From assembly GCF_001194135.2 (NCBI RefSeq), contig NC_068983.1, positions 54,386,967-54,450,966 of the forward strand: a stretch of DNA of 64,000 nucleotides, in the 5' to 3' direction. The notes beneath the pieces were generated by a model. That model was given only the letters and a program-made list of their open reading frames with translations. It was not told where the DNA came from and ran no database searches. The translations under genes were made by a program, and so were the position numbers. This document shows, piece by piece, positions 41,049 through 53,682 of the stretch. Position 1 is the stretch's first letter. Each line of letters opens with the position of its first letter. This stretch comes from Octopus bimaculoides. Its lineage: Eukaryota.

Positions 41049-41811
41049 AGCCCAGGGACTATGTACAGAGTCAAACCATTAAGGCAAGCCCTACGTAGTA
41101 GATCGAATTGCTAAAATTAGCAGCTAAATCTCTTTCAAATCAAGTGTTATCATAAAATGAAAACCCACGTGGTCCTCGGTTCCTTTGCAAATAAGAAAAA
41201 GATGGAATGGTCACATGCTTTTTATTTTATCTCTGCTCGAACCAACTACAATAACAATGCAACCATGCAGTGGAAACGGCACCAGTATCACATGAATGCA
41301 AACCACGCAGCCATGCATGCTGGGAGATGGAAGTGTTCGCATTACTTCTGCGTTTCTTCCCCCACACCATGCACTTCCTGCTGTTTTTTCACAAACCCTT
41401 GTCTGCCCTTTACAGAAATATCTGTTACATTTGTAAAAAAAAACATACCTTGATACGTGTGTATGCGTGTGTATATGCATATATGTGCGCGCGCATGAAA
41501 ACATCCCCTAAGCAGGTCCCTATTTCACTCCTCAATCCAGCCCTTATATAGTACAGATGCATGTGTCTTCCCATGAAGCATCATTGTTCATGATGCCCTA
41601 TATTTAAAACACACACACACGCACACGAATTAGAGCGATACAGGCTGCCCTCATCTACATGAAACAGAGCATGGGAATACATTTATCATTCCGATAGCTC
41701 ATCACTGCACTCGCGCCTGTGTATGTCAGTGTTGCGAACATAGAGGAAAGAGGACTCGAGACTGAGGGTAGACCACTTACATAATATACATACATATGAA
41801 TATATGTATGT

Positions 41812-41848
<37 letters not shown>

Positions 41849-41854
41849 CACACA

Positions 41855-42065
41855 TGAGGGGGTGGGGTGGAAAAGTTCCTGGCTTTGGGTGAAAGAAAAT
41901 ACAGAAAGATCAGTTAATTAAGATTTTATCCAACATATTCCCCTCTCAGATTCACGCACTCATTGCAGTTGCCCTTCAGTTTTTCTAAGCCCTGTAAAAG
42001 ATCTCGGAAGGCTGGGCCTCCAGCCAGGCCTTTCGCGGCACTCTTAAAGCCAGAACTTTTCAGTG
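41855..42065. mobile_element. mariner-type MITE
   Basis: TIR-like GGAAAAGTTCCTGGCTTT / AAAGCCAGAACTTTTCAG; internal sequence is the reverse complement of the 54167 copy. Confidence 0.7.
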
Positions 42066-42145
42066 TGTGTGTATGCTAGTATGTTGAAATCATACTATGC
42101 TTTGTTATTGCTTACTGTACACACATATGCACAATATGAGTGTAT

Positions 42146-42191
<46 letters not shown>

Positions 42192-43592
42192 ATATATATA
42201 TATATTCACCCTGGCACACATAAAGCAGTGTGTGTGTGTGTGTATTTTATGCGCTACTGTGTGATAGACTCGGTCATCGGCCTCCAGCCAATGGGCGAAT
42301 ATTTTCTATCGATTTCAGACACCGGCGAGGGGAGAATAACAACTTTGATAGTTGCCATGCATCTCCTCTGGAGTTGTTCAAGTGTTTAAATAGGATGGGA
42401 AAGAGTCCGGAATATTTAAAAAACAAAAACAACAAAAATTCATCATAAGAAAATATAAATCGACCCCAGTATTTTTTANNNNNNNNNNNNNNNNNNNNNN
42501 NNNNNNNNNNNNNNNNNNNNNNNNNNNNNNNTGTTTATCGACCCTACAAAGATAAAACGTTGATCCCGGTGAGATTTGAACTCAGAGAGTGGAGAATGAC
42601 CGTAACTAAGTGATCGTCACTCTACGTTTCTGCCAACTTCCTCGGTTTCACAGAGATTTCCTAGTCTATAGTTCATTGCTTAACAAGAGTTAAAGAGGGC
42701 GCCTTTAAGTGGTTGCACGACGAGCTGGAAATAGCGGTCAAATTACCTTCAAATCACATCCTACTGTATTAAAAAAATAAAATAAAGAAAAAGTGGGACA
42801 GTCGATAACATACTCCGAGGGTAAGACTGTACTTGAAAAAAAAAAAAAAAAAGGCTGTGTGCCCACAACTAGGGCCATTTTAACAGAATGATAGCCGCTC
42901 CCCATCTCCGGCAAAGTAAAGTACGGAGGCCCCCTACATACACAACAACATAAACAAATTAGCATTGAACCCCTAACCCCGTGGACACCCGCGGGCAATT
43001 GCTTAAAGTCGGCACTGGTTATTGGTAGAATGAATAATAAATCTCTGGTTATAGGAAAGCCATAATATCGACGGTTCGATCAGAGATGATACGGACCAAA
43101 CAACTTAATCACTTTTACACATGAAAAGCACTTGTTTGTCATCCTTGTAAATACATTTCAGGTTATTTGACAATTTAATAGAGATTAATTAATTACTTAT
43201 CATACTTCAGCGGCTTTATCTCACCCAGTGAGATAAAGACGGGTGGGGTAGTGTAATTTCTTGTCTGTATTTCTGCTGGTACACACAAATGACATCTATT
43301 GGCGTGTGAAAATGTTTTTGTATAAAACAACTGAAAACATTTAATACTAATTTAATGTGTGTAGATATTTTGTATTGAATAGTATACGTAAGACACCAAC
43401 TGATCGTGTGTAGTTGTTTTATATATAAAACAACACACATAAAACGAGTGTTTCGGCAGCAAAAAGTAGAGAACAATTCAACGGTGGGAAAGTTGTGAAA
43501 AATATAAAAAGAGTATGTGCGAATAACTATACTATGTTGGAATACACACACACATACATGCATGTTTTATGGGTAAGACTTGTGTGTGCAAT

Positions 43593-43623
<31 letters not shown>

Positions 43624-43680
43624 TATCTATCTATATATATATATAATAATACAAGGAATATATATACATGTATACACACA

Positions 43681-43719
<39 letters not shown>

Positions 43720-44409
43720 CCACAGATATGCAGAAAGATAGATAGTTAGATAGACAAACAGACTGATATGCTAGTGTATAGAAAAAATATACGGAACTCT
43801 TATTAGCAATTGCCTTGTTTTAATACCATAAAGGCTTAACGCGGATTTTCCAAGGTTGTCGATATTGTTTGGGCAATGTTGTATTGGTTTCACATCTTTC
43901 TTTGGGCAATTAGCGATGCACGTGAGTGAAATGAAGCAATTACAAACAGATATCGAAACCGGTTCGTTGCAAGTAGTTCGCTCACCGCCGCATCCCCCCC
44001 CCATCTGTCACAATGTTGTTGATAGTAGCAGGATTGCTTTACTATACACAAATGTCAATAATTTCTTTCTCCTCGCGTGCACGCACTCACACACATACAT
44101 ATATGGGCACACACACGCAATTATGTACATATATTCACGCTGAGATAGATAGATATAGATAGATAAACAGACAGACAATCAGATAGATAGATAGATAGAT
44201 ATGCATACAGATTACACACACAATCACATAGAAACGTGCACACACAATTACAAGCACATACATGTACACACACTCATACATGCATACCCAATCACACATA
44301 CATATACAGAGGTATATATGTAGTCACACAAACACATTGAATTACACACAGAGGTACATATGTACGCAGCCACACACACACAAACAGAAGTACGTATGTA
44401 CACACTCCT

Positions 44410-44450
<41 letters not shown>

Positions 44451-44791
44451 TAAGCAGATGTACACACGTACACGTTCACACACACACATTCTGTCATACA
44501 TACACGTAAACACAAAGCTACGTATGTACACACGCGCGCGGCTAAATCTTGGTTATCAACAAACAATGTAAAGGAAGAAGTGAATCTGGCAAACAGCAAA
44601 TATGAGAATTTGGAACCACAACACGTAGATACTGTGGTATTGATATTATAATATATGATAATATATAAATATATATATATCTATTGCATTTGTCATTGAT
44701 CCTGTTTTTGTTGTCGTTGTTGTTAATCTCAACATAGTTTTAATAAGGTTACTTTGATTTATATAATAAAATATTAAAACGATTAACTTAC

Positions 44792-45208
44792 TAGATTGAG
44801 CATATCCAGTAACTGTTTTGGACTTTCAACACAACACTGCTCCCCTTTAGGGTCATCTTTCCTTGTAAGCTTGTCCAAAAATCGGTCTTCTTCGATACTG
44901 GGACCAAGTCTCAGGTTGTCACATGGAACACATAATTCCTCATTTTCGCGATTTAACATTTTAGAAATTGTTTCTCCGACCTTCGGTGCATGAGAATGGT
45001 TCTTAAGTTCATTATTGAAGTTTACGAATAGTACAGCTATAACAATAATTAGTACCACAATGCCAACTAAAACCGAGACGAAAAGTGCACGAACCTTATT
45101 ATTTAGCACCTTCAGTTCTTCCATAATCGTATCCATTTGTTGCTTATGTTCAACATTCGAAGGTTGCCCCTTCTGAAGAGGGGCAAACTCGGGTAAGTTC
45201 GACATCAT
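44792..45208 (-). CDS. First coding exon (139 codons) of a type II transmembrane protein, probably a TNF-superfamily ligand (TRAIL/TNFSF10-like, molluscan type)
   Basis: Seen: non-repetitive ORF MMSNLPEF...; about 40 aa N-terminal tail; hydrophobic TM ALFVSVLVGIVVLIIVIAVLFV; stalk ELCVPCDNLRLGPSIEEDRFLDKLTRKDDPKGEQCCVESPKQLLDMLNL; perfect GTAAGT donor right after CTA (44791-44786, phase 0). Known: TRAIL/RANKL have TM + Cys-containing stalk + amphipathic helix ending at a phase-0 intron. The family call is inference because the TNF domain is not seen. Confidence 0.75.
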
Positions 45209-45588
45209 TTTATTTTTTATATTACACCTCTTTCACGCAACTTTTTCTCTCACTCTTTCAATTATTTTCTTAATTCTTTATTTATTATATCAACCGTGCT
45301 GGCGAGTTTCACTGTGTCGACCCTTCGTTTCAGCCTATGAGATCCCAGTTGGTAGCCACCAGGTTGTTTATGCTTAAAAATGTTTTATCTCAAATTTAAA
45401 AAATATATATATATGTAATTTTCGATAGTTCCTTGGAACTCATAAACTCGTATTCAACAGATATATTTATCTACATACATGTAAATACATACACACATTC
45501 ATACAAAACACAAGTATAAACACACAAATCTGCACTTGGAATCGGTGTGCTTTTTCTCCCGCTTAACACGATGGTATCGGTTCCACTC

Positions 45589-45667
45589 CTATTTATAAAC
45601 TCCGTGCGGGTTTTGTCAGTTATGACTTAAAATAACCTGTAATTCCTCACGTCAAGAAGGTATTCCC
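45589..45667 (-). promoter_or_regulatory. Candidate core promoter of the TNF-like gene: TATA box with upstream CRE/UPRE-like and kB-like motifs
   Basis: Seen on the minus strand: TATAAATAG (45597-45589) about 380 bp upstream of the ATG, TGACGTGA (45654-45647) and GGGAATACC (45667-45659), in CpG-retaining unique sequence. Function is inferred. Confidence 0.45.
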
Positions 45668-48004
45668 TGCGCTACGGTTGGAGTAGTCAAAATCCAAGTT
45701 CGCTTTGCTTAAAGTCCCGAATTTCAGTGAGTTCTAATCGTTGGTTACCTCTGAAAAAAAAAAAAAAAAGAACGACCAATGTTGCTACGCTGCCGTGTGA
45801 TTTAACTTGCTTACTCTTCAATATTCTTTACAATATCTTCAAACATAGAAAAGACACTTTATCTATATAGTAGTTCTTTACAGAATTGGTTGTGGATTTT
45901 CGCATGAAATACTTCTGTAATGGCTGACTATGAAGCGAATTTGGTACCAAGTTCGATTTGAAACAATATGAATGAAAGAAAGTAACAGCTGATATTTCCT
46001 TACGCACACACCACAACAAGTGGGATAATAAAATTGCATATAAATGTCGTTCGCCGGTTAAAAAAGACTGCTCTCAACAGATATTTTTAGTTTAAACACA
46101 ATGAGGCATTTGTAAATAAAAAATATTGATGTTTAAATATATATGTACATATGTATGTGTATATATTATATATAAATGCAATCTAGACAAAGTGAAAATA
46201 AGCGAACTCAGATGCACGCTTGCAGTCAACACAACGAAGAAAGTTCGCTCTCGAAGTAGAAGAATATAAATAAATATCAATATTTAACGGCTGCAGAAGC
46301 TAAAATCCGTCTGGTCCGATGAGATGTGTGTATAAAAAACATAAGTTAAGCGTCAAAAGAAATGGACAAATGCCGCTGGTTTCCTCGACCTGTGTATACG
46401 GAGGGTCATGCTATCTACAGAACAGGCGACCCGCACAGCACGGGAACTACTAAACGAAACCTGACCTTCCTCACATACACAAACTATGACGTCGCATCGT
46501 ATAGCCAATGGCGTGTCTCAGATGATCAGAGCACTTACATACTTACTTGCAGACATACATTCGTACGCTGGAGTGTGTGCGGAGACTTAATAAAGCACAG
46601 ATAAAATACCTATAACTTATTACAAGAATACCAAATATATTTGAGCAGAACAGAGAGCAAGGTATCTCGTGGGAGCAATTTCATGTGTGGTGTGATAGTG
46701 AAATTATAGAAACAATAATAAAAATAAAAGGGAAAAAGTCTGTAATAAAATTATCTCTGTGTATCTGTCTTACTAGCAAATCGCAATCTCTCTGGAAAAA
46801 GCGGTTTTCCGATAATAACAATATAATTAACGATTTTTTTTTTCTTCTCGGCAAATGCATTCAAACTAGTCAGCTCAAATCTACATATAATTACAAAAAA
46901 AAAAAAGAAGAAAGAAATTATATATATGGGTCAGATATATGCAATACATGAAAGAGCTTTCCAGTTCTTTCTAAGAAAAAAAAAACTTTTTTTTTGTATT
47001 TTTACAGCGATTTTTACTTTTTCTATATTTCTTATATTGTTAAGTTCAATTTCGTGTTTTAAATATATTGCCTAGTTTTTCTGTTTTTGTGATCAGCTTC
47101 AAGAAACTTGTTCCCTTTGAAAATATCGTATACATATACACTCAAACACATACATACGCGCATATATGCATACTTGTATGTATGTCTGAAGGCGTATATA
47201 TACACACACATCTATACACACACACACACATATATAATTATATATTATATATATACATATATATTATATATACATAGACATACATATATGTATGTGTGTG
47301 TATCTATGTATATATACATATATATATATANNNNNNNNNNNNNNNNNNNNNNNNNNNNNNNNNNNNNNNNNNNNNNNNNNNNNNNNNNNNNNNNNNNNNN
47401 NNNNNNNNNNNNNNNNNNNNNNNNNNNNNNNNNNNNNNNNNNNNNNNNNNNNNNNNNNNNNNNNNNNNNNNNNNNNNNNNNNNNNNNNNNNNNNNNNNNN
47501 NNNNNNNNNNNNNNNNNNNNNNNNNNNNNNNNNNNNNNNNNNNNNNNNNNNNNNNNNNNNNNNNNNNNNNNNNNNNNNNNNNNNNNNNNNNNNNNNNNNN
47601 NNNNNNNNNNNNNNNNNNNNNNNNNNNNNNNNNNNNNNNNNNNNNNNNNNNNNNNNNNNNNNNNNNNNNNNNNNNNNNNNNNNNNNNNNNNNNNNNNATA
47701 TATATATATATATATATAATATGTAATGTATGTAGGTAGGTATGTATATTTATATACAAAATATGCCAACGTGTATGTATACATACATATATATATATAG
47801 ACATATATATAAACATACAATATATATATAATGTATGTATGAATGTTTATATGTAAAATATGCCTACATGTATGCATATATATATATATATATATATGCG
47901 TATGTATAACTGTTTATATATGCCTCGCAAACATGCATATATATAAATACATATGTATATGCATACACGCACGCACACACACACACGTTTACAAAGAGAG
48001 AAGC

Positions 48005-48048
<44 letters not shown>

Positions 48049-48458
48049 GAGTAATATTTTCATTATTTTCATGCACATAGCTTAGGAGATCATAAGTTGG
48101 TATTTCGCCTTATCTTCATAATATTAAGTGAAAAAGAAATAACTTTCTACTTCCTGGATAGGACGCTAGCCTTCTCTCTCTCTCTCTCTCTCTCTCGGGT
48201 AATACTTTCCCCAAACCTTGATAGCAACGGCTTAATGACCCAGTCACAGAAACAACGAAAAGACCAGAGCAGATTTACTTCGAGACATATGAATAGTGTC
48301 ATCTTAATGCATGGGTACACTTGGCAATTATCCGGGGTTTTCATGAAACCAGGGGCCTAATTTTGATCTATGTATGCTGTAGCCTACTACCCGGGTGTAA
48401 CATGCTGCTAAGACAGCATACAATTGAGTACCTTTTACATTCATTTCTTCGCGCTCTC

Positions 48459-48592
48459 CATCCATCCAACCATCCATCCATCCATCCATTCGTCTGTCTT
48501 TCTGTCTGTCCGGCCAACCATCCATCCGTCCGTCCGTCCGTCCGTCCGTCCGTCCGTCCGTCCGTCCAACCATCAATCCATCTCTCCGTCCA
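48459..48592. repeat. (CCAT)n/(CCGT)n tetranucleotide array
   Basis: Seen directly. Confidence 0.9.
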
Positions 48593-48850
48593 TACATGCA
48601 TGCAAACACCTAAAGCACGCACGGATATTATCTTTTATCTTTTTAATTATCTACTTGTTTCAGTCATTAGACTGCAGCCATGCTGGGGCACCACCTTGAA
48701 GAAATTTTAGTCTAATGAATCGACTCGGATACTTTTTTTTTTAAAGTTTGGTCCTTATTCTATTGGTCTTCTTTAACCGAACTGCTAAACACACCAGCAC
48801 AAGTTGTCAGGCTTGGTGGGGATAAATACAGACACGAAGACACATTCATA

Positions 48851-48897
<47 letters not shown>

Positions 48898-49033
48898 AAA
48901 TATTGGGGTTTAGTTCACAGGTGATCTAAACGACTAGGTACGCTAGGTAAGTATTGTAACAGATTACTAGGGTTTCAAGGTTATAGCCAAGACAGTAGTT
49001 ATGGAGCCATTGCAGATTTTCAATATAGTGGAA

Positions 49034-49477
49034 ATATAATTGTTAAAGAGGACAACAAACGTGAAGGTAAGGCAAACATCTCAAGTCATATACATTATTA
49101 TTATTAGAAAAAAAAAAATTCAGTCTTACAGCTGTTTCAGGACTTTAACGTACATGGATTTACGCAGGATTGCACCTAAGGACTTGAGGACTTACTTATA
49201 AACACTCTACACGATCGGAAAGTTGAACTGAGAACTTTTATGCTTCTTTTCTCTTCATCTCTTTATTCATTTCCTCTTGACCTCTATGTCATCATTTGAT
49301 TAATCTATACCCTTCTCATTTTCCCTATTTGTCTCCGATGACGGAATATCACATACTTTGGGATATCCCAGAAACAGCTGTAAGACTTTTAATTTTTTTT
49401 TCCAATAATAATAATGTATATGACTTGAGATATTTGCCTTGCCTTAACGTTTGTTGTCCTCGTTAACAAATATGTGT
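49034..49477. mobile_element. Foldback Penelope-like (pLTR) relic with about 105-bp inverted arms and a hammerhead-like motif
   Basis: 49034-49138 is an imperfect reverse complement of 49371-49477 (…GAGGACAACAAACG…CTCAAGTCATATACATTATTATT…GTCTTACAGCTGTTTC). A hammerhead-like core sits at 49331-49386. The PLE assignment is inferred from the inverted-pLTR-plus-hammerhead architecture. Confidence 0.55.
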
Positions 49478-49647
49478 GTATGTTTGTGTGTGTGGTTCAA
49501 ATTTACAGAAAACAAAAGACGAAGACAGGTGTAGGAACAACAAGCAGGTACCATGCTGTTGAGAAGCAAACTTCTTACCAAACAGCTATGTCTGCGCCTA
49601 ATGCTTATAGAATATTTTTTTTTTAAAGTGCACCACCCTCTTTACTT

Positions 49648-49837
49648 TTTTACTCTTTTACTTGTTTCAGTCTTTTGACTGTGGCCATGCTGGAGCACCG
49701 CCTTTAGTCGAGCAAATCGACCCCAGGACTTATTCCTTTTTAAGCCTAGTACTTATTCTATCGGTATCTTTTGCCGAACCGCTAAGTCACAGGGACTTAA
49801 ACACACCAGCATCGGTTGTCAAACGATGTTGGGGGAA

Positions 49838-49887
<50 letters not shown>

Positions 49888-50800
49888 NNNNNNNNNNNNN
49901 NNNNNNNNNNNNNNNNNNNNNNNNNNNNNNNNNNNNNNNNNNNNNNNNNNNNNNNNNNNNNNNNNNNNNNNNNNNNNNNNNNNNNNNNNNNNNNNNNNNN
50001 NNNNNNNNNNNNNNNNNNNNNNNNNNNNNNNNNNNNNNNNNNNNNNNNNNNNNNNNNNNNNNNNNNNNNNNNNNNNNNNNNNNNNNNNNNNNNNNNNNNN
50101 NNNNNNNNNNNNNNNNNNNNNNNNNNNNNNNNNNNNNNNNNNNNNNNNNNNNNNNNNNNNNNNNNNNNNNNNNNNNNNNNNNNNNNNNNNNNNNNNNNNN
50201 NNNNNNNNNNNNNNNNNNNNNNNNNNNNNNNNNNNNNNNNNNNNNNNNNNNNNNNNNNNNNNNNNNNNNNNNNNNNNNNNNNNNNNNNNNNNNNNNNNNN
50301 NNNNNNNNNNNNNNNNNNNNNNNNNNNNNNNNNNNNNNNNNNNNNNNNNNNNNNNNNNNNNNNNNNNNNNNNNNNNNNNNNNNNNNNNNNNNNNNNNNNN
50401 NNNNNNNNNNNNNNNNNNNNNNNNNNNNNNNNNNNNNNNNNNNNNNNNNNNNNNNNNNNNNNNNNNNNNNNNNNNNNNNNNNNNNNNNNNNNNNNNNNNN
50501 NNNNNNNNNNNNNNNNNNNNNNNCTTTACTTTTTTACTCTTTTACTTGTTTCAGTCTTTTGACTGTGGCCATGCTGGAGCACCGCCTTTAGTCGAGCAAA
50601 TCGACCCCAGGACTTATTCCTTTTTAAGCCTAGTACTTATTCTATCGGTCTCTTTTGCCGAACCGCTAAGTTACGGGGACGTAAACACACTACCATCGGT
50701 TTCAAGCGATGTTGGGGGGACGAACACAGACACACAAACATACACACACACACACACACACAAACACACGCACATATATATATATATATATATATATGTA
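49648..50800 (-). mobile_element. Two direct copies of the CORE-like SINE 3' half flanking a gap
   Basis: 49648-49887 and 50524-50800 share the variant CAGTCTTTTGACTGTGGCC but differ at several other positions. Confidence 0.75.
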
Positions 50801-51357
50801 GCATTTTGTCCGTCACTACGTTCTGAGTTCAAATTCCGTTGAAGTTGACCTTGCTATTCATCTTTTCAGGGTCGACAAAATAAGTACCAATTGAGCACTG
50901 GGGTTGATGTAATTCACTTACCACCCCTCCCCCCAAAAATGCTGACCGTGCGCCCAAATTTAAAACCAATATTGCACGTGCAGAATCATTTTTCGCTTCA
51001 TTTGTTTCCTTTTTCCTTTCCGTATGTGTGTGTGTGTGTGTGCGTGTTCGGTTGTCCCCCACCACCACTTGACAATCGGTGTTGATGTGTTTACGTCCCT
51101 GTAACTTAACAGTTCCACAAAAGAAAGCAACAGAATAAATATCAGGCTTGTAAAATGTATTGGGATTCATTCGTCCCAAACTTGTCAAGGCGGTGCTCCA
51201 GCATGGCCATTGTCTAATGAGTGAAACAGATAGATGAAATATAAAAAATATCATTTAGCCATTTGTTATACGCTGTAGATGAATTGTCAGGAAGTACCAT
51301 ATCTTTTGGTACGTTAAATATTTCCAGTACTGTAAAGAGATTTGCAGTGGAGAAGGT

Positions 51358-52016
51358 TGGCACTCCGTCGCTTACGACGTCGAGGGTTCCAGTTGATCCG
51401 ATCAACGGAACAGCCTGCTCGTGAAATTAACGTGCAAGTGGCTGAGCACTCCACAGACACGTGTACCCTTAACGTAGTTCTCGGGGATATTCAGCGTGAC
51501 ACAGTGTGACAAGCCTGACCCTTTGAATTACAGGCACAACAGAAACAGGAAGAAAGAGTGAGAGAAAGTTGTGGTGGTAGAGTACAGCAGGGTTCGCCCC
51601 CATTCCCTGCCGGAACCTCGTGGAGCTTTAGGTGTTTTCGCTCAATAAACACTCACAACGCCCAGTCTGGGAATCGAAACCGNNNNNNNNNNAGCCTGCT
51701 CGTGAAATTAACGTGCAAGTGGCTGAGCACTCCACAGACACGTGTACCCTTAACGTAGTTCTCGGGGATATTCAGCGTGACACAGTGTGACAAGCCTGAC
51801 CCTTTGAATTACAGGCACAACAGAAACAGGAAGAAAGAGTGAGAGAAAGTTGTGGTGGTAGAGTACAGCAGGGTTCGCCCCCATTCCCTGCCGGAACCTC
51901 GTGGAGCTTTAGGTGTTTTCGCTCAATAAACACTCACAACGCCCAGTCTGGGAATCGAAACCGCGATTCTATGACCGCGAGTCCGCTGCCCTAACCACTG
52001 GGCCATTGCGCCTCCA
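51358..52016 (-). mobile_element. Young tRNA-derived SINE with 13-bp TSD (internal part duplicated across a 10-N gap)
   Basis: Minus-strand head GGAGGCGCAATGGCCCAGTGGTTAGGGCAGCGGACTC...GGTTTCGATTCC (A/B boxes); TSD CAGTGGAGAAGGT at 51345-51357 and 52017-52029; CpGs intact. Confidence 0.85.
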
Positions 52017-52568
52017 CAGTGGAGAAGGTACCTGTCTACGAATTGAAAAAATCATTGTTTTGCTAAGAAATAAATCATGTTGACTTTGTTCTAACTTAAT
52101 TCATAACTTTCTCAAAAGTCCTCGAGCTATCAGTGCTTTCAGCTTTGCAACACACATCTTGAAAATAAAGAAAGACATCACTATTCAAAGAGTGAAGTCC
52201 GAAATCCGAGGAAACTGGTCAATGTCTGCGCTACCAAGAATAAATCCCAAAAGATAGTTCAATTGCAGTGAGGAATAGAAAGTCTGATGTCTCCGAGCAG
52301 TGTTTGTTGCTCTTCGACAGAAGAGTAAAAGAAAGACGACGGAATTGTTTATTGGCTGGTGACACTGTTCTTAGCTTTTCCTTCACTTTTGTACTGCTGT
52401 TGTTTGAGATTGGAGTCTCAATGAGATTTCTTGTTGTTGTTGTTTAAAGTGACGAATTGGCAGAGTCGTTAGTGTTGTAGGATAGAATACCACTCGGTAT
52501 ATGTTCTGGTTCTCTAAGCTGAGTTCAAATCCCTGTGAGAGATCAACATTGTATTTCATCATATCAGG

Positions 52569-52980
52569 CAGCGCTGGATTAAAACCATTAAGCAAAATAA
52601 GCTCGTGCTTTGGGGCATCAAGGAAAATGGGGCTCCACAGAAATGGTAAATGGTTTACAGCACTAAAGAAATCATTTGAAACTTGCTAAAATGATATTCG
52701 AAGTGGTTTATATGACGGGAAAGATAATTTTGAAGTGTCATAATGAGGATCTGATCGAAGCCTTTGCCATTAAGAGTAGGAGAAAACTTTTCAAATATAA
52801 ATAAAGTGGAAGAATACAAAAATAAACATTATTTTCCATCTCACTGTCAGTTTTGTTCCATGTTGAAAAATGAAAATTTATTTTATGGTTTATTATTGTT
52901 TATATTTTGATTTACATATATATGGAAGCACCAAAATCTTTTAAATGCTTAGGGCTTCTATGGATTTTAATCTGGCTCTG
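52569..52980 (+). mobile_element. Internally deleted hAT transposon (Tip100/ZMYM1-like type)
   Basis: Imperfect TIRs CAGCGCTGGATTAAAACCAT / revcomp CAGAGCCAGATTAAAATCCAT. The 8-bp flanks ATATCAGG / ATTTCGGG look like a decayed TSD. Internal frame LAKMIFE...DLIEAFAIKSRRKLF* resembles the hAT C-terminal dimerisation end. Confidence 0.65.
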
Positions 52981-53098
52981 ATTTCGGGGTTGATAAAAAA
53001 AAATAATCAAAAAGATACTTGTCTATAGTTGCGGACAGGCAGAACTGATAGAACATTTATCGAAATTTCTTGCGGTGTCTGTACCGGCTTTCTGTCTC

Positions 53099-53142
<44 letters not shown>

Positions 53143-53612
53143 TGATGATAATGGCAACCATTTGGATATTGAAAGCTTGAAGAAATATTTAATAAAGTTG
53201 CGAATCTATGAATTAGTAAAACTAATGATTAAAACCCAGACGAACCCACACAGGTTCTTATGCACATGGAATTCACTTCTAACACAAACAGTGAGAAGTT
53301 AAAAGATCAGATATGTGAAAGGCCTGATAAATATCATCAAAGTCTGGTTTCTGTTGTTTGTCGGCACAGAACTCTGCAAGCTGCCGCAGAGAGAAATCGG
53401 CCACATTAATATTGATGACTATAATAGCAACCAAAGATATAATACTCGTAAAAATTATTTCAAATATATAAGCGCAGGTATAGCTATGTAGTTCAAAATG
53501 TTCTCATCGCAATCACGTAGTTTCAGGTTCGGTTTCAGAATATTCTGCAATAACTTTCGGTTGACTTATCCCTTGTGAGAGTGAAATTGGTAAACAGAAA
53601 CTCTGTGTGAAA

Positions 53613-53682
<70 letters not shown>

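Noticed and set aside
43771-44004. Cys-rich 77-aa minus-strand ORF as possible exon 2 of the TNF-like gene
   Set aside because: No convincing acceptor/donor pair and no TNF-family residues.
51693-51961. Apparent tandem duplication within the SINE
   Set aside because: Identical to 51414-51682 and separated by a 10-N spacer, with a single TSD pair around the whole; most likely unmerged overlapping contig ends.
51955-52016. tRNA gene-like sequences (A/B boxes here and in many other copies)
   Set aside because: They are SINE heads followed by SINE bodies and tails; no complete cloverleaf was identified.
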